Positions 8,670-18,968 are shown, counted from the first letter of the stretch. The stretch is DNA of 57,635 nt from Candidatus Collierbacteria bacterium (GCA_016219325.1 JACRNH010000010.1:1-57635), one strand, 5' to 3'. Notes: generated by a model not told the origin, from the letters alone. Program-made: numbers and translations.

Positions 8670-9458
8670 ATGAAAAAACTTTTTGCCGTCATCCGCGCCT
8701 ATACTCTTGACGCTCTAACTTATCGGGGAGACATCTTTATTTACACTGTTGTCGGCGCCATCCATCCTATTATTTTATTAATCATTTGGCTGGCGGTCAT
8801 TGCCTCCGGCGGCAATCCGCCCATGAATCGCCAAGAATTTCTTTTGTATTATTTTACCGTCTTAGTCATAAAAGTATGGACCACCGCTTGGCACGCCCGT
8901 GAATGGTCGACAAGAATCCGCTTGGAGGAATTATCCCCATACTTACCTAAACTCGCGGCCTTTCCGTTTTTTCTGTTAGGAAACAACATCGGCGAAAAAA
9001 TTTTAAAAAGCATATATTTGCTGCCGCTTATTTTATTAGCCGGAACAGCGCTAAATATCAACCTTCCCTAACTGTCGATTGAGACAATTCTATTATTAAT
9101 AGTCAGCTGGCTCCTGGCCGCAATCTTAACATTTGCCATTGAATTATCTGTATTACTAACCACGTTTTGGCTGGACGATATCGAGTCGCCGGACAATTTC
9201 GTCGTTTTTTCCTCGTATATTTTCTCCGGCCAATTCATCCCGCTGATCGCTTTCCCTCAAGCAATTCAATCATTTCCACTCTTCTCGCCTTTTCGCTACA
9301 TTCTGTCGTTTCCGGTCGAAATTTTTACCGGCAGAATCATCGGTTGGAATATTCCGGTGGGCTTTGCTCTTCAAATATCCTGGTGTATCATCATGATTTT
9401 TCTCTGTCGCCTCCTATGGAAAAAAGGTTTAATTCGTTATAGCGCCGTCGGCGCCTAA
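8670..9458 (+). pseudogene. ABC-2 permease A, pair 3, with an in-frame TAA at 9069..9071
   Basis: The same frame continues past the stop to SPFRYILSFP..LLWKKGLIRYSAVGA* (262 codons, as in the paralogs). Confidence 0.85.
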
Positions 9459-9467
9459 CCACCTAAT

Positions 9468-10250
9468 ATGAAATATCTCAAATTATTTCTGCTTTTTATC
9501 CGTTACAACCTGATCAGAGACATGGAATTCCGGGGAAATTTTTTGCTGTTGATAGCCGTCGATATTTTGTGGGTCTCATTTCAGCTCTTGCTAATAGAAT
9601 TGTATTTCCAGTTCACCGGTTCAATCTTCGGCTGGACCAAACCCCAGGTCTTCGTTCTCATGGGATTATTTCGAATAGTCAAAGGCGTCGTTGACGTATT
9701 CTTAAGACCCAATATCAACCAATTGCCGATAGCAGTTAATCGCGGCGAACTGGACTACATTCTTACCAAACCCCAAGACAGCATGTTTCTTGCCAGCGTC
9801 AAAAGGCACGCCTATACCGAATTTTCAACTATCGTTTTGGGGTTAGCCATATTTGCTTACGGTCTATTACTGGACGGAGCTTTTAATTTCGGCAAAATTG
9901 TCTTCCTGCTATTTCTTTTACCATTCGGGGCAATCATGTTTTATTGTTTACTTTTCTGCTTCGCTTCCCTATCGCCGTTTATTCATCGCCTGTCTGCCAC
10001 TTACCAGTACTACGACATTCTATCTAATCTTTTCCGCTTTCCCACCGACTTTTTGGGGATGCAAATTCGCCAGTTAAACCTGGTTCTTTTCCCTCTGGCA
10101 ATTGTCGCCACCGTTCCGGCAAAATTTATTTTAGGCAAATCCGGCTGGAATTCTATCGTTGCCATGACGTTTATCAGTTTGATCACTTTGGCTCTGACCC
10201 GCCGTTTCTGGTTCTTCGCTCTCCGCCGCTACCAATCCGCCAGCTCATAA
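9468..10250 (+). CDS. ABC-2 family permease B, pair 3
   Basis: GELDYILTKP; C-terminus FWFFALRRYQSASS*. Confidence 0.85.
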   Translation: MKYLKLFLLFIRYNLIRDMEFRGNFLLLIAVDILWVSFQLLLIELYFQFTGSIFGWTKPQVFVLMGLFRIVKGVVDVFLRPNINQLPIAVNRGELDYILTKPQDSMFLASVKRHAYTEFSTIVLGLAIFAYGLLLDGAFNFGKIVFLLFLLPFGAIMFYCLLFCFASLSPFIHRLSATYQYYDILSNLFRFPTDFLGMQIRQLNLVLFPLAIVATVPAKFILGKSGWNSIVAMTFISLITLALTRRFWFFALRRYQSASS

Positions 10251-10286
10251 AATCTGCAATTTTTCGGTATTCCCAAACATGATAAT

Positions 10287-10502
10287 ATGAATTCCATTAT
10301 GACAATCCTGTCTCCGCAGTGGCTAAAAGTTCTCTCGGGGCTATTTGTCGATCTCGCCGCCGGCTGGTTCGGAGTAGTTTTCATCGCTCCGGGAATCGTC
10401 AGCCAATCTCTAATACTGACTTCGGCCATATTGACCAAAAACTTTCTCCTTGGTACACTATGTCTGGTAATCGCCAAAAAGATGGAGGATTTTATTTCAT
10501 GA
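10287..10502 (+). CDS. Small 2-TM membrane protein (module gene 1, copy 2)
   Basis: Paralog of 6640..6843. Confidence 0.7.
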   Translation: MNSIMTILSPQWLKVLSGLFVDLAAGWFGVVFIAPGIVSQSLILTSAILTKNFLLGTLCLVIAKKMEDFIS

Positions 10503-10624
10503 CAAACGATAGATTTATCGAAATCATCAGCAGCGCCCAAGGATTCACCCTTTTATTTATTATCGCCGTAATGTTGGTACTCATTGCTTTTAAGAAAACT
10601 CCCCAAAGCTCTAAAGCTCGTTGA
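10499..10624 (+). CDS. Small 1-TM protein (module gene 2, copy 2)
   Basis: MTNDRFIEIISSAQGFTLLFIIAVMLVLIAFKKTPQSSKAR*; ATGA overlap. Confidence 0.65.
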   Translation: MTNDRFIEIISSAQGFTLLFIIAVMLVLIAFKKTPQSSKAR

Positions 10625-10627
10625 ATT

Positions 10628-10672
10628 TTCCATAATTTCTCCCTTCGCCGCTACCAAAGCGCCTCGTCTTGA
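10628..10672 (+). repeat. Orphan permease-B 3' tail
   Basis: Reads FHNFSLRRYQSASS*; CGCTACCAAAGCGCCTCGTC is identical to the end of gene 3486..4277. Confidence 0.9.
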
Positions 10673-10704
10673 CAATAGGTTAATATTCGATTAATATCGA
10701 ATAT
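10669..10704 (+). promoter_or_regulatory. Sigma70 promoter TTGACA-17-TAATAT with inverted repeat TATTCGA-N6-TCGAATA over the -10
   Basis: Read directly; the inverted repeat is conserved in the scar copy at 4901..4920. Confidence 0.7.
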
Positions 10705-10717
10705 AGGTGGTATTCTT

Positions 10718-11305
10718 ATGAAGAAAATCGAATATATTTGGAGGGAACTTTTAATCCAAACTCTGGAAAATCGGGAAACGGTATTTGGCCAACAAGCTTT
10801 AACGGCTAAATTCGGACTGTCTTCGTCTACGGTTAATTTGGCTTTATCCCCATTGCGAAAACTAGGGGCAGTCCGCATCGGCAAGCGTCATTCTGAGGTA
10901 ACTGATTACGAAAAAATTCTTTATCATTGGGCCAACCATCGGAATTTGGAAACGGATATCGCCGTGAAGCTCAGGGTAAATCTGCCTGTTATGGAAATTG
11001 AAGGAAGGTTGCCGGAAAACTCCATCCCCACAGGATATACGGCAGTCAGAGAAAGATTCGGCGAGCCTCCGTCCGATTATGGCAAAGTCTATTGTTACCA
11101 TTTCAATCCTGAAATTGTGGCCGCAAGATTTGCCGCAGATATTATTAGGGGAGAGTCTAATGTTTTTATTATTAAGGCAGACCCATTTTTAGGCTCTCAA
11201 ATTTGTCTGCCGCAAATATTTGTCGATTTGTGGAATTTGCGCGATTGGTACGCCAAAGATTTTTGCCGCTTTATTATGTCTAAGTTTGAAGAAAAGATGT
11301 TATGA
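10718..11305 (+). CDS. Winged-helix protein, probable type IV TA (AbiEi-like) antitoxin
   Basis: N-terminal HTH (QQALTAKFGLSSSTVNLAL), C-terminal PQIFVDLWN; ATGA-coupled to a nucleotidyltransferase. Confidence 0.6.
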   Translation: MKKIEYIWRELLIQTLENRETVFGQQALTAKFGLSSSTVNLALSPLRKLGAVRIGKRHSEVTDYEKILYHWANHRNLETDIAVKLRVNLPVMEIEGRLPENSIPTGYTAVRERFGEPPSDYGKVYCYHFNPEIVAARFAADIIRGESNVFIIKADPFLGSQICLPQIFVDLWNLRDWYAKDFCRFIMSKFEEKML

Positions 11306-11874
11306 ATTATTACCGCGATCAGGTAACCCAAAAAAGCTGGCGGATATTGACAAATTTGTCTTCAAAATATCAGTTTGTTTTAATCGGCGGATGGGCGGTA
11401 TGGCTATATACGAAACAGTTGAAATCCAAGGACATAGATATTGTCGTTGGTTTAGACCAGCTGGGAAAATTAAGCGCTGATTTTGAGTTGGGGAAAAACG
11501 AGAGGCTTAAAAAATATGAGATTAGGCAGGAGGAAATTGAAATTGACGTTTATGTTCCATTTTATTCCGAGCTTGGCGTCCCCGGAGAGATCATTTTACA
11601 AACTGCCGTAAATCTAGAAGGATTTAATGTGCCTGCGCCGGAAACATTGTTAAAATTGAAAATGGTCGCGTATCAAGGCCGCAAAGGGTCGGATAAGGGC
11701 AGGAAAGATTTAGTGGATATGATTAGCTTGTTGTGTTTGCCTGAACTGAAATGGACGGATATCTCACCGGAAATCATAAACCTGGCTCTTAGCCAGTCAG
11801 AAATTCCGGAATTGTCTCTAAATTCTCACCAGTATTCCAAGTATAAGAAAATCTGGAAAACTAGGTTTTTGTAG
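11302..11874 (+). CDS. Nucleotidyltransferase-superfamily protein (probable type IV TA toxin)
   Basis: LIGGWAV...SKDIDIVV, LKLK..AY..R...KGRKDL.D. Confidence 0.7.
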   Translation: MNYYRDQVTQKSWRILTNLSSKYQFVLIGGWAVWLYTKQLKSKDIDIVVGLDQLGKLSADFELGKNERLKKYEIRQEEIEIDVYVPFYSELGVPGEIILQTAVNLEGFNVPAPETLLKLKMVAYQGRKGSDKGRKDLVDMISLLCLPELKWTDISPEIINLALSQSEIPELSLNSHQYSKYKKIWKTRFL

Positions 11875-11902
11875 GGAGGATCCTTAAAGGAGAATCCTTT
11901 TT
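11875..11902 (+). terminator. Putative intrinsic terminator (copy at 4960..4987)
   Basis: Imperfect GGATCCTT/AAGGAGAATCC stem followed by T5, just after a stop codon; duplicated. Confidence 0.4.
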
Positions 11903-11923
11903 GGTAAGGTTTGATATGGCTAT

Positions 11924-11965
11924 CTAGCTGTTGGCGGAGGAGTAGTGTTGAAGGGAGAATTGAGA
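11924..11965 (-). repeat. Orphan permease-B 3' tail
   Basis: Minus strand reads SQFSLQHYSSANS*. Confidence 0.85.
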
Positions 11966-11973
11966 TCTAAAAA

Positions 11974-12354
11974 TCAAGCGATTTGCTTCCGGATAAATCC
12001 TACAATTCCTTTTGCGTTTTGCAATGCCATGTCAGCCTCTTGTTTTGTAGGCAGTCCGGTTTCTAAAGATCCGGCTATGGCGTCGGGATATCTGGTCGGT
12101 TGATAAAATCGGTTCAAATATTTTAATTGAGAGATAATTTCGTCGTTAGTTATTTCTGCCTCTTTAGCCAATTTCATCAAATCGTGGGTTTTAGAAATTT
12201 TATGGAACTTCTTTAAAATAAGTGCTTTAATAGCCTTTTCGGCTGCTTGTTGAGAATGGAATGCGATTGGAGCCGAAAGGTCGGTTCCAACCCCCAAAGT
12301 TTTGGCCGATTTTAAATCGATTTCAGCGGCTTTTATCCAGTCAATTGGCTTCAT
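11974..12354 (-). CDS. HEPN-domain protein (MNT-HEPN toxin)
   Basis: AFHSQQAAEKAIKA, KTHDL, TRYPD. Confidence 0.85.
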   Translation of the reverse strand: MKPIDWIKAAEIDLKSAKTLGVGTDLSAPIAFHSQQAAEKAIKALILKKFHKISKTHDLMKLAKEAEITNDEIISQLKYLNRFYQPTRYPDAIAGSLETGLPTKQEADMALQNAKGIVGFIRKQIA

Positions 12355-12670
12355 AAATTATTTTTCCTTTTTCTATGATTTCATCTCTGACAAAATATCC
12401 GTATTTATCATTTTTCATTGTTTCAAATTCTTCAGGAGTATAAACAATGATGTCTAAAGCAATATCATGTTCGACCATATCGCTGACTTCACCGATGCGG
12501 TCGTAAATATTTTTTTTAGTTTTTTTGATAATCGCCAAATCAGCATCACTGTCTTCGTGAATCAGTCCGGAAGCCGCCGACCCAAACAGAATAATTTTTT
12601 CCGGTTGATACTTTTTGGCGATAGTGGCAACGATTTTATCCAGATGTGACTGGAAAGTTTTGTTTGTCAT
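12341..12670 (-). CDS. MNT antitoxin
   Basis: PEKIILFGSAA..EDSDADLAII; leaderless TGcTATACT-N6-ATG. Confidence 0.85.
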   Translation of the reverse strand: MTNKTFQSHLDKIVATIAKKYQPEKIILFGSAASGLIHEDSDADLAIIKKTKKNIYDRIGEVSDMVEHDIALDIIVYTPEEFETMKNDKYGYFVRDEIIEKGKIIYEAN

Positions 12671-12690
12671 AATTGGAGTATAGCAAATTT

Positions 12691-12747
12691 TTAACTGCTG
12701 GCGGAGGAGTAGAAGCGGACGGCGAAGCGGAAAAATTTCCGCGAAGA
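12691..12747 (-). repeat. Orphan permease-B 3' tail
   Basis: Reads SSRKFFRFAVRFYSSASS*, nearly identical to the end of gene 5009..5797 (RKFFHFAVRFYSSASS*). Confidence 0.9.
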
Positions 12748-12748
12748 T

Positions 12749-12973
12749 TTACAAGTATTTCCTAAACTCGCCAGCCGACAATTTAATATCGCTCAAGATC
12801 GATCTCATCAGTCCCGGACCGATTGTCTTCCCCGGATGAACCGGAACCACCGTTGTTCTCCCATCGCTATGTCTGAAGAAAAAATGGCTGCCTCTTCTTC
12901 TGGTATTTACAAATCCCAACTTGTTCAACCCTCTTATCGCTTCTTTTGATTTTAAAATCGGAACTTTGCTCAT
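12749..12973 (-). CDS. hicA: HicA-family toxin
   Basis: RRGSHFFFRH.DGRTTVVPVH; paralog of 4576..4800. Confidence 0.9.
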   Translation of the reverse strand: MSKVPILKSKEAIRGLNKLGFVNTRRRGSHFFFRHSDGRTTVVPVHPGKTIGPGLMRSILSDIKLSAGEFRKYL

Positions 12974-13239
12974 GTAGCAAATGTCACTTTTACAGGTAAA
13001 TCAATTACTCCTAAAAAACGTGGTCTTTTTTCTTCTCCCGGCCATATAATCTGCTGACGATAATTTCTGTTTTCCTCGGCTTCTTCCAAACACAACTCAA
13101 TCGCTTCTTCGATATTTTTCATCGCTTCCTCGTAGGTTTTTCCTTGAGTGTGGCAGCCGGGAATTACCGGCACGTTGGCTACAAACCAGCCGTCTTCATC
13201 TTGCTCAACAATAACTTTAAAATTCAAAATCTTAGGCAT
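12970..13239 (-). CDS. hicB: HicB-family antitoxin
   Basis: EQDEDGWFVANVP.IPGCHTQG.TYEEA; paralog of 4310..4579. Confidence 0.9.
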   Translation of the reverse strand: MPKILNFKVIVEQDEDGWFVANVPVIPGCHTQGKTYEEAMKNIEEAIELCLEEAEENRNYRQQIIWPGEEKRPRFLGVIDLPVKVTFAT

Positions 13240-13274
13240 ATTTATTAATTATACACCGGATGAACTTCGGTGTT

Positions 13275-14069
13275 TCAGCCCCCGGCGCTGCTGTAATGCC
13301 GCAGGGAATACAGCCAAAATTTCCGCGACAACACAAACAGAACTATCGCCGTCGCTACCGTCGCCGCTGTCATTTCGCCAGATAATTTTCCCCACAGCGC
13401 CTTGGTCGGAAAACTCACCACCATAAATAACGGCAACAAAAAATTAAACGCCCATGAATTTGCTATCCGGAACGCATCTGACGGAGTTCGGCTGGTTTGA
13501 TCAAATAACTCCAATAAAAAACTTATCATATTATCTAATCTCCGGGTGTAAAAATTTAAAGTTACTAGTAATAGCCAAATGCTGTATAGAATCATTACCG
13601 CAGATACTAATAATAAAAGAAAAATGATCATTTTCTCCAAATTCATTGAGTAATTTTTTATCGTAATTAACAATATTGATATTCCGATCAGAAATCGGGC
13701 AATATTTGCGTGACTGAAATTAAACATGGTAGCCAAAAATTGGCTATCCAGGGGTTTCGTAAGGAGAACATCCAGCTCGCCGGTATTTATCCTTTCGGGA
13801 AGGTTTATAAAATTCAACAGGAAAAAAGTATAGGCGAACCCGGTAACAATAGAGAAAACTCCGGTTAGAGTTAGTAATTCTGTTCTGGACCATCCGGCTA
13901 AATTGGGGGCTTGTTGAGAATATAAAAGGACTGCAAATATTGCGAACATTGCCCAGCTAACAGTGGTCAGAACATTAGTTAAAAGACTAAAACGATAAAC
14001 CAAAATAAGGCTGGTGTTGGCCTTGATAATCTGCCAATAAATTTTGACATATCTTTTAAAATTATTCAT
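13275..14069 (-). CDS. ABC-2 family permease B, pair 4
   Basis: GELDVLLTKP; C-terminus YSLRHYSSAGG*. Confidence 0.85.
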   Translation of the reverse strand: MNNFKRYVKIYWQIIKANTSLILVYRFSLLTNVLTTVSWAMFAIFAVLLYSQQAPNLAGWSRTELLTLTGVFSIVTGFAYTFFLLNFINLPERINTGELDVLLTKPLDSQFLATMFNFSHANIARFLIGISILLITIKNYSMNLEKMIIFLLLLVSAVMILYSIWLLLVTLNFYTRRLDNMISFLLELFDQTSRTPSDAFRIANSWAFNFLLPLFMVVSFPTKALWGKLSGEMTAATVATAIVLFVLSRKFWLYSLRHYSSAGG

Positions 14070-14872
14070 TGCCTGGTATCTGAAAAAGCTTTTAAACCGC
14101 GTTTAAAAAATATTGACGACAAAAGTCCTAATCCAATCATCCATAATAAAGCCATGAATAAATCTATTGAATAGTTAGACAATTCCTGCTGCTCAAAAAT
14201 AATTTTTGCGGGGAAATAGTAAAAAAACCTAAACGGAAAGAACCAAGTAATGGATTGTAGCCATTTTGGCAGAAAGTCTAACGGAATTAGCAAGCCGGAC
14301 AAAAGGGCATGGATCATCCAAAAAAAATTTACAAGCCCATCATTATCTGTTATCCAAAATGAGGTTATGCCAAGTAAAAATCTTTGGAAAAAAATTATCA
14401 TATAAGAAATTGCTGCGAATAAAACCGCTATCGTTAAAGACGGCAATGATGTTGATACGCTTAAATATTGACGGAAAATAATAACCAGTAAAGAATACGG
14501 TAATAAAGAGAATAGGAAACGGACAGTTTTCCAGCCGTTACTTCCGGAAAATATATACATTAAATAGGAAACCGGCTTTATTAAATATTTGATTAGGCCC
14601 CCTTCTTTGATATCGCGGAAGCCAATCGGGAATTCAATATAATGGTTTAACGTGAGAGTTAGAAACGCCACCACAATATAATAAGAAATTAGTTTGTTTA
14701 ATTCCCATCCGGACGCAACTTTACCGCTAAAACTAAAAATTCCCAGCCATAATATAATTGATACCGTCGGCGGAATAAAATCTTCAAGAATATAAACTAC
14801 TAGCCGGGCGCGGTCAGCTAAAGCGTCCTGTATAGAATTAACATAAACCCTCCAGTATTTTTTCATTAACAC
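14066..14872 (-). CDS. ABC-2 family permease A, pair 4
   Basis: DIKEGGLIKYLIKP, FPFRF.YYFP. Confidence 0.85.
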   Translation of the reverse strand: MLMKKYWRVYVNSIQDALADRARLVVYILEDFIPPTVSIILWLGIFSFSGKVASGWELNKLISYYIVVAFLTLTLNHYIEFPIGFRDIKEGGLIKYLIKPVSYLMYIFSGSNGWKTVRFLFSLLPYSLLVIIFRQYLSVSTSLPSLTIAVLFAAISYMIIFFQRFLLGITSFWITDNDGLVNFFWMIHALLSGLLIPLDFLPKWLQSITWFFPFRFFYYFPAKIIFEQQELSNYSIDLFMALLWMIGLGLLSSIFFKRGLKAFSDTRQ

Positions 14873-14904
14873 AAATTGTAGCAGTTAAGATATAATCTTT
14901 AGAT

Positions 14905-15883
14905 ATGCCGATTATTACAGCCAAAAACCTGACTAAGTACTATAAAGTTCATCAGAAAGAGCCGGGGCTGGGGGGATCGCTAAAGTCGCTGTTTCATCGC
15001 AAATATTATGATGTTAAGGCGGTGGATGATATTTCATTTGAGATTGAAGAAGGGGAGCTGATCGGCTTTATAGGCCCAAACGGAGCCGGAAAAACTACCA
15101 CTCTAAAGATGTTGTCCGGATTGCTGTATCCGACTTCCGGCCAAGTCAGCGTTTTAGGATTTGAACCCTGGAAGCGCGACCATAAATACCTAAAACAAAT
15201 GTCCCTTGTTATGGGCCAAAAAAACCAACTGTGGTGGGATTTGCCGGCCCAAGAAAGTTTTATTCTAAACAAAGAAATTTACGAGGTCCCGGACGAACAA
15301 TACAAAAAGACTCTCGGAGATTTGGTTGAGTTGCTGGACGTTAAAGATGTCTTAAATGTCCAAGTCAGGAAATTATCGTTGGGCCAACGGATGAAATGCG
15401 AGCTGATCGCCGCTCTTTTACATTCTCCCAGAGTTTTATTTTTGGACGAACCGACTATCGGATTGGACGTAGTCATGCAAAAGGCGATGCGGGATTTTAT
15501 CGCCGAGTACAACAAAAAATATAACGCCACGATTATTTTAACCAGCCATTACATGGAAGACGTTAAAAAATTGGCAAAAAGAGTGGTGATTATTGATCAC
15601 GGGAAACTGGTTTTTGACGGAAAATTGAAAGACATTATTGACAAATACGCCGAACATAAGATTTTAACTTTGGAGTTTTCGGAAGAATTCCCCAGGGAAA
15701 AATTGGAAAAATTCGGAGAAATAGATAGTTGGGAATACCCCAGAGCTGTTATAAAAGTCTCCCGCCAGTTGGCCTCAAAAAGGGCGGCGGAATTACTGGA
15801 AACTTTGCCTGTGGCGGATATCAATATCGAAGAACCGCCGATTGAAGCGATAATCCGCAGGGTCTTTGCCGGAGGCAAAGACG

Positions 15884-15906
<23 letters not shown>
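14905..15906 (+). CDS. ABC transporter ATP-binding protein (COG4586-type)
   Basis: Walker A GPNGAGKTT, signature LSLGQ, Walker B FLDEPT, SH loop. Confidence 0.95.
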
Positions 15907-17107
<1,201 letters not shown>

Positions 17108-17112
17108 TGGTG

Positions 17113-17232
17113 GCCCCAAAGTACACTTGCTTCGGTCCGTGCTCTGCGTGCACGCTACCGAAGAGCGTGACTTCGGGGTTCGGGCGTGACAGCTGATTTT
17201 CCGCTGGGCGTAAAATCAGGTCTCGTCCGAAA
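17113..17232. repeat. Double-hairpin element (second copy in frame in rplO, 55369..55505)
   Basis: GCCCCAAAGTA..CTTGC..GAGCG..ACTTCGGGGTTCGG..CAGCWGATTTT..AAAATC..TCRTCCGAA is shared with 55369..55505. Confidence 0.7.
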
Positions 17233-17244
17233 AGGGCGATAATT

Positions 17245-18027
17245 ATGAAACGATATCTTAGGGTTTGGTTACGATTGGCGCATATCAGTTTTTCGGAACA
17301 AATCGCGACAAGGTTTAGTTCGGTCTTGTTTTTGTTGAGCAAGACCCTGCGGTTTGTTTTCTTTTTGATATTTATTTTTAGCCTGACCGACAGGATCGGC
17401 GGACTGGCCGGCTACAACCGCGATCAGATAATTATTTTTTTTCTGGTATTTAATTTTGTGGATATCGCCACCCAATTATTATTCAGGGGAGTTTATTTTT
17501 TCCGCCAGAAAGTAGTCAATGGAGAATTTGATTTCTATTTAGTCAAGCCAATGAGTCCTTTGTTCCGGATTATGGCCGGATATACGGATTTTATGGATTT
17601 AATTACTTTAATTGCTTTGGCTATTTACGGATTAAAATTCGCGATAACCGCAATTACTTTGACTCCGGCGATTGTGTTCTCGTCGATATTGATGATCGTT
17701 TTTAGCTTTCTGATTTCATTTTCTATTCACGTTTGGGTGGTGGCAATCGGAATTTTAACCACGGAAGTTGACAATGCGATTATGGTGTACCGCGATTTAA
17801 CCAGCATGGCCCGGTTTCCGGTTGACGTTTATTCCGCTCCGGTCCGGATTTTCTTAACATATATCGTTCCGGTGGCCTTCATTATGACCGTCCCGGCGAA
17901 ATCTTTAATGGGGTTAGTGTCGATACCGATATTCTTCATTTCATTACTCATTACTTTCTGTTCATTACTTTCTTCTTTTTTCCTCTGGCGTTACGCCCTG
18001 TCCAAATACAGTAGCGCGAGTAGCTGA
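17245..18027 (+). CDS. ABC-2 family permease B, pair 5
   Basis: GEFDFYLVKP, RFPVDVY; C-terminus LSKYSSASS*. Confidence 0.85.
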   Translation: MKRYLRVWLRLAHISFSEQIATRFSSVLFLLSKTLRFVFFLIFIFSLTDRIGGLAGYNRDQIIIFFLVFNFVDIATQLLFRGVYFFRQKVVNGEFDFYLVKPMSPLFRIMAGYTDFMDLITLIALAIYGLKFAITAITLTPAIVFSSILMIVFSFLISFSIHVWVVAIGILTTEVDNAIMVYRDLTSMARFPVDVYSAPVRIFLTYIVPVAFIMTVPAKSLMGLVSIPIFFISLLITFCSLLSSFFLWRYALSKYSSASS

Positions 18028-18030
18028 TAT

Positions 18031-18114
18031 AGGAGTAAGGAGTAGGGGGTAAGGAGTAGGGGGTAAGGAGTAGGGAGTAAGGAGTAGAGAGTAGGGAGTA
18101 GAAAATAATGAGTA
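18031..18114 (+). repeat. Tandem heptamer run, 12 units of ~AGGAGTA ending GAAAATA-ATGAGTA
   Basis: Read directly; lies between convergent genes. Confidence 0.9.
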
Positions 18115-18124
18115 ACGGGATAAA

Positions 18125-18150
18125 TATAAAATGTTATATAACATTTTATA
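18125..18150. repeat. 26-bp perfect palindrome TATAAAATGTTATATAACATTTTATA (related copies 41532..41561 and 55906..55927)
   Basis: Read directly. Confidence 0.8.
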
Positions 18151-18949
18151 CTCGTGAAGCGGAGCAGAGTTTGTATAGGGGGCAATGAAGGCAATCGGGA
18201 TTTTGGGCCTTGCAGATTGCCCTGCCATGATCGATCAACCAATAAGTGGTTTTGAACCAATCTTCTTTTGGAATAATCTTCATTAACTCCCTCTCAATTT
18301 TCTCCGGACTGGCGTCTTTATAGTAGTCTACTGTCATTCCGGATTTAATCCGGAATCTATTTAGATTATCTGTATAGATTCCCGCTTTCGCGGGAATGAC
18401 ATTGTTCACGGGAATGACGAGAGGTTTATTGCCGGGACCAACACGCTCAGAGTCCACCAGTCTTAACCGCTGTGATAGGCGCAAAACATGAGTATCAACC
18501 GCGATGCCTTCAACTATTCCGTAAGCGTTTCCCAACACCACATTTGCCGTTTTTCTGGCCACCCCGGGAATCGTCAGCATCTCTTCCATTGTCCGCGGCA
18601 ATTTCCCGCCGAATTTTTCCAAAATTATCTTCGCCGCCGCCTGAATATTTTTAGCTTTGTTTCGATAAAACCCCGTCGACTTAACATCCTGTTCTAACGT
18701 TTTAATTGGAATTCTTGAAAAATTTTCTAGTTCCCCCTCTTCGTCCGACATTGTTTTCTGCTCATTGCTCATTGTTTTCTTATATTTGGGAAAAAGTTTC
18801 GCCGTCACTTCATTTACTTTCTTATCCGTGCATTGGGCCGAGAGGATAACGGAAACCAATAATTCCCAATTGTTTCCATAATTGAGGACGATTTTGGCGT
18901 GGGGATAAGTTCTTTTTAGGATTGTTAAGATTTCGGAAATTCGGCTCAT
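18146..18949 (-). CDS. nth: Endonuclease III with two in-frame insertions
   Basis: ELLVSVILSAQCTD..VN, GFYRNKAKNI, PGVARKTANVV, AVDTHV.R, C-x6-C-x2-C-x5-C FeS motif; start set at MSRIS. Confidence 0.92.
   Translation of the reverse strand: MSRISEILTILKRTYPHAKIVLNYGNNWELLVSVILSAQCTDKKVNEVTAKLFPKYKKTMSNEQKTMSDEEGELENFSRIPIKTLEQDVKSTGFYRNKAKNIQAAAKIILEKFGGKLPRTMEEMLTIPGVARKTANVVLGNAYGIVEGIAVDTHVLRLSQRLRLVDSERVGPGNKPLVIPVNNVIPAKAGIYTDNLNRFRIKSGMTVDYYKDASPEKIERELMKIIPKEDWFKTTYWLIDHGRAICKAQNPDCLHCPLYKLCSASRV
18332..18418. repeat. REP/RPE-like palindromic element TGTCATTCC..GGAATC..GATTCC..GGAATGACA, in frame in nth
   Basis: Intergenic relatives at 22411..22471 and 42589..42644, and a fragment near 26703..26718. 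Confidence 0.8.
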
Positions 18950-18968
18950 GGTTGTTATACTAGCAGAT

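Noticed and set aside
4230-13330. Classical integron or shufflon
   Set aside because: No tyrosine or serine recombinase in the window. The boundary repeats are coding tails of variable length, not attC-like palindromes or fixed-length sfx sites. A recombinase acting in trans cannot be excluded.
18031-18114. Possible CRISPR array
   Set aside because: Contiguous 7-mers without unique spacers; no cas genes in the window.
17965-18260. ORFs rich in LLTPYSL repeats
   Set aside because: Translations of the heptamer run on the opposite strand; no evidence of coding function.
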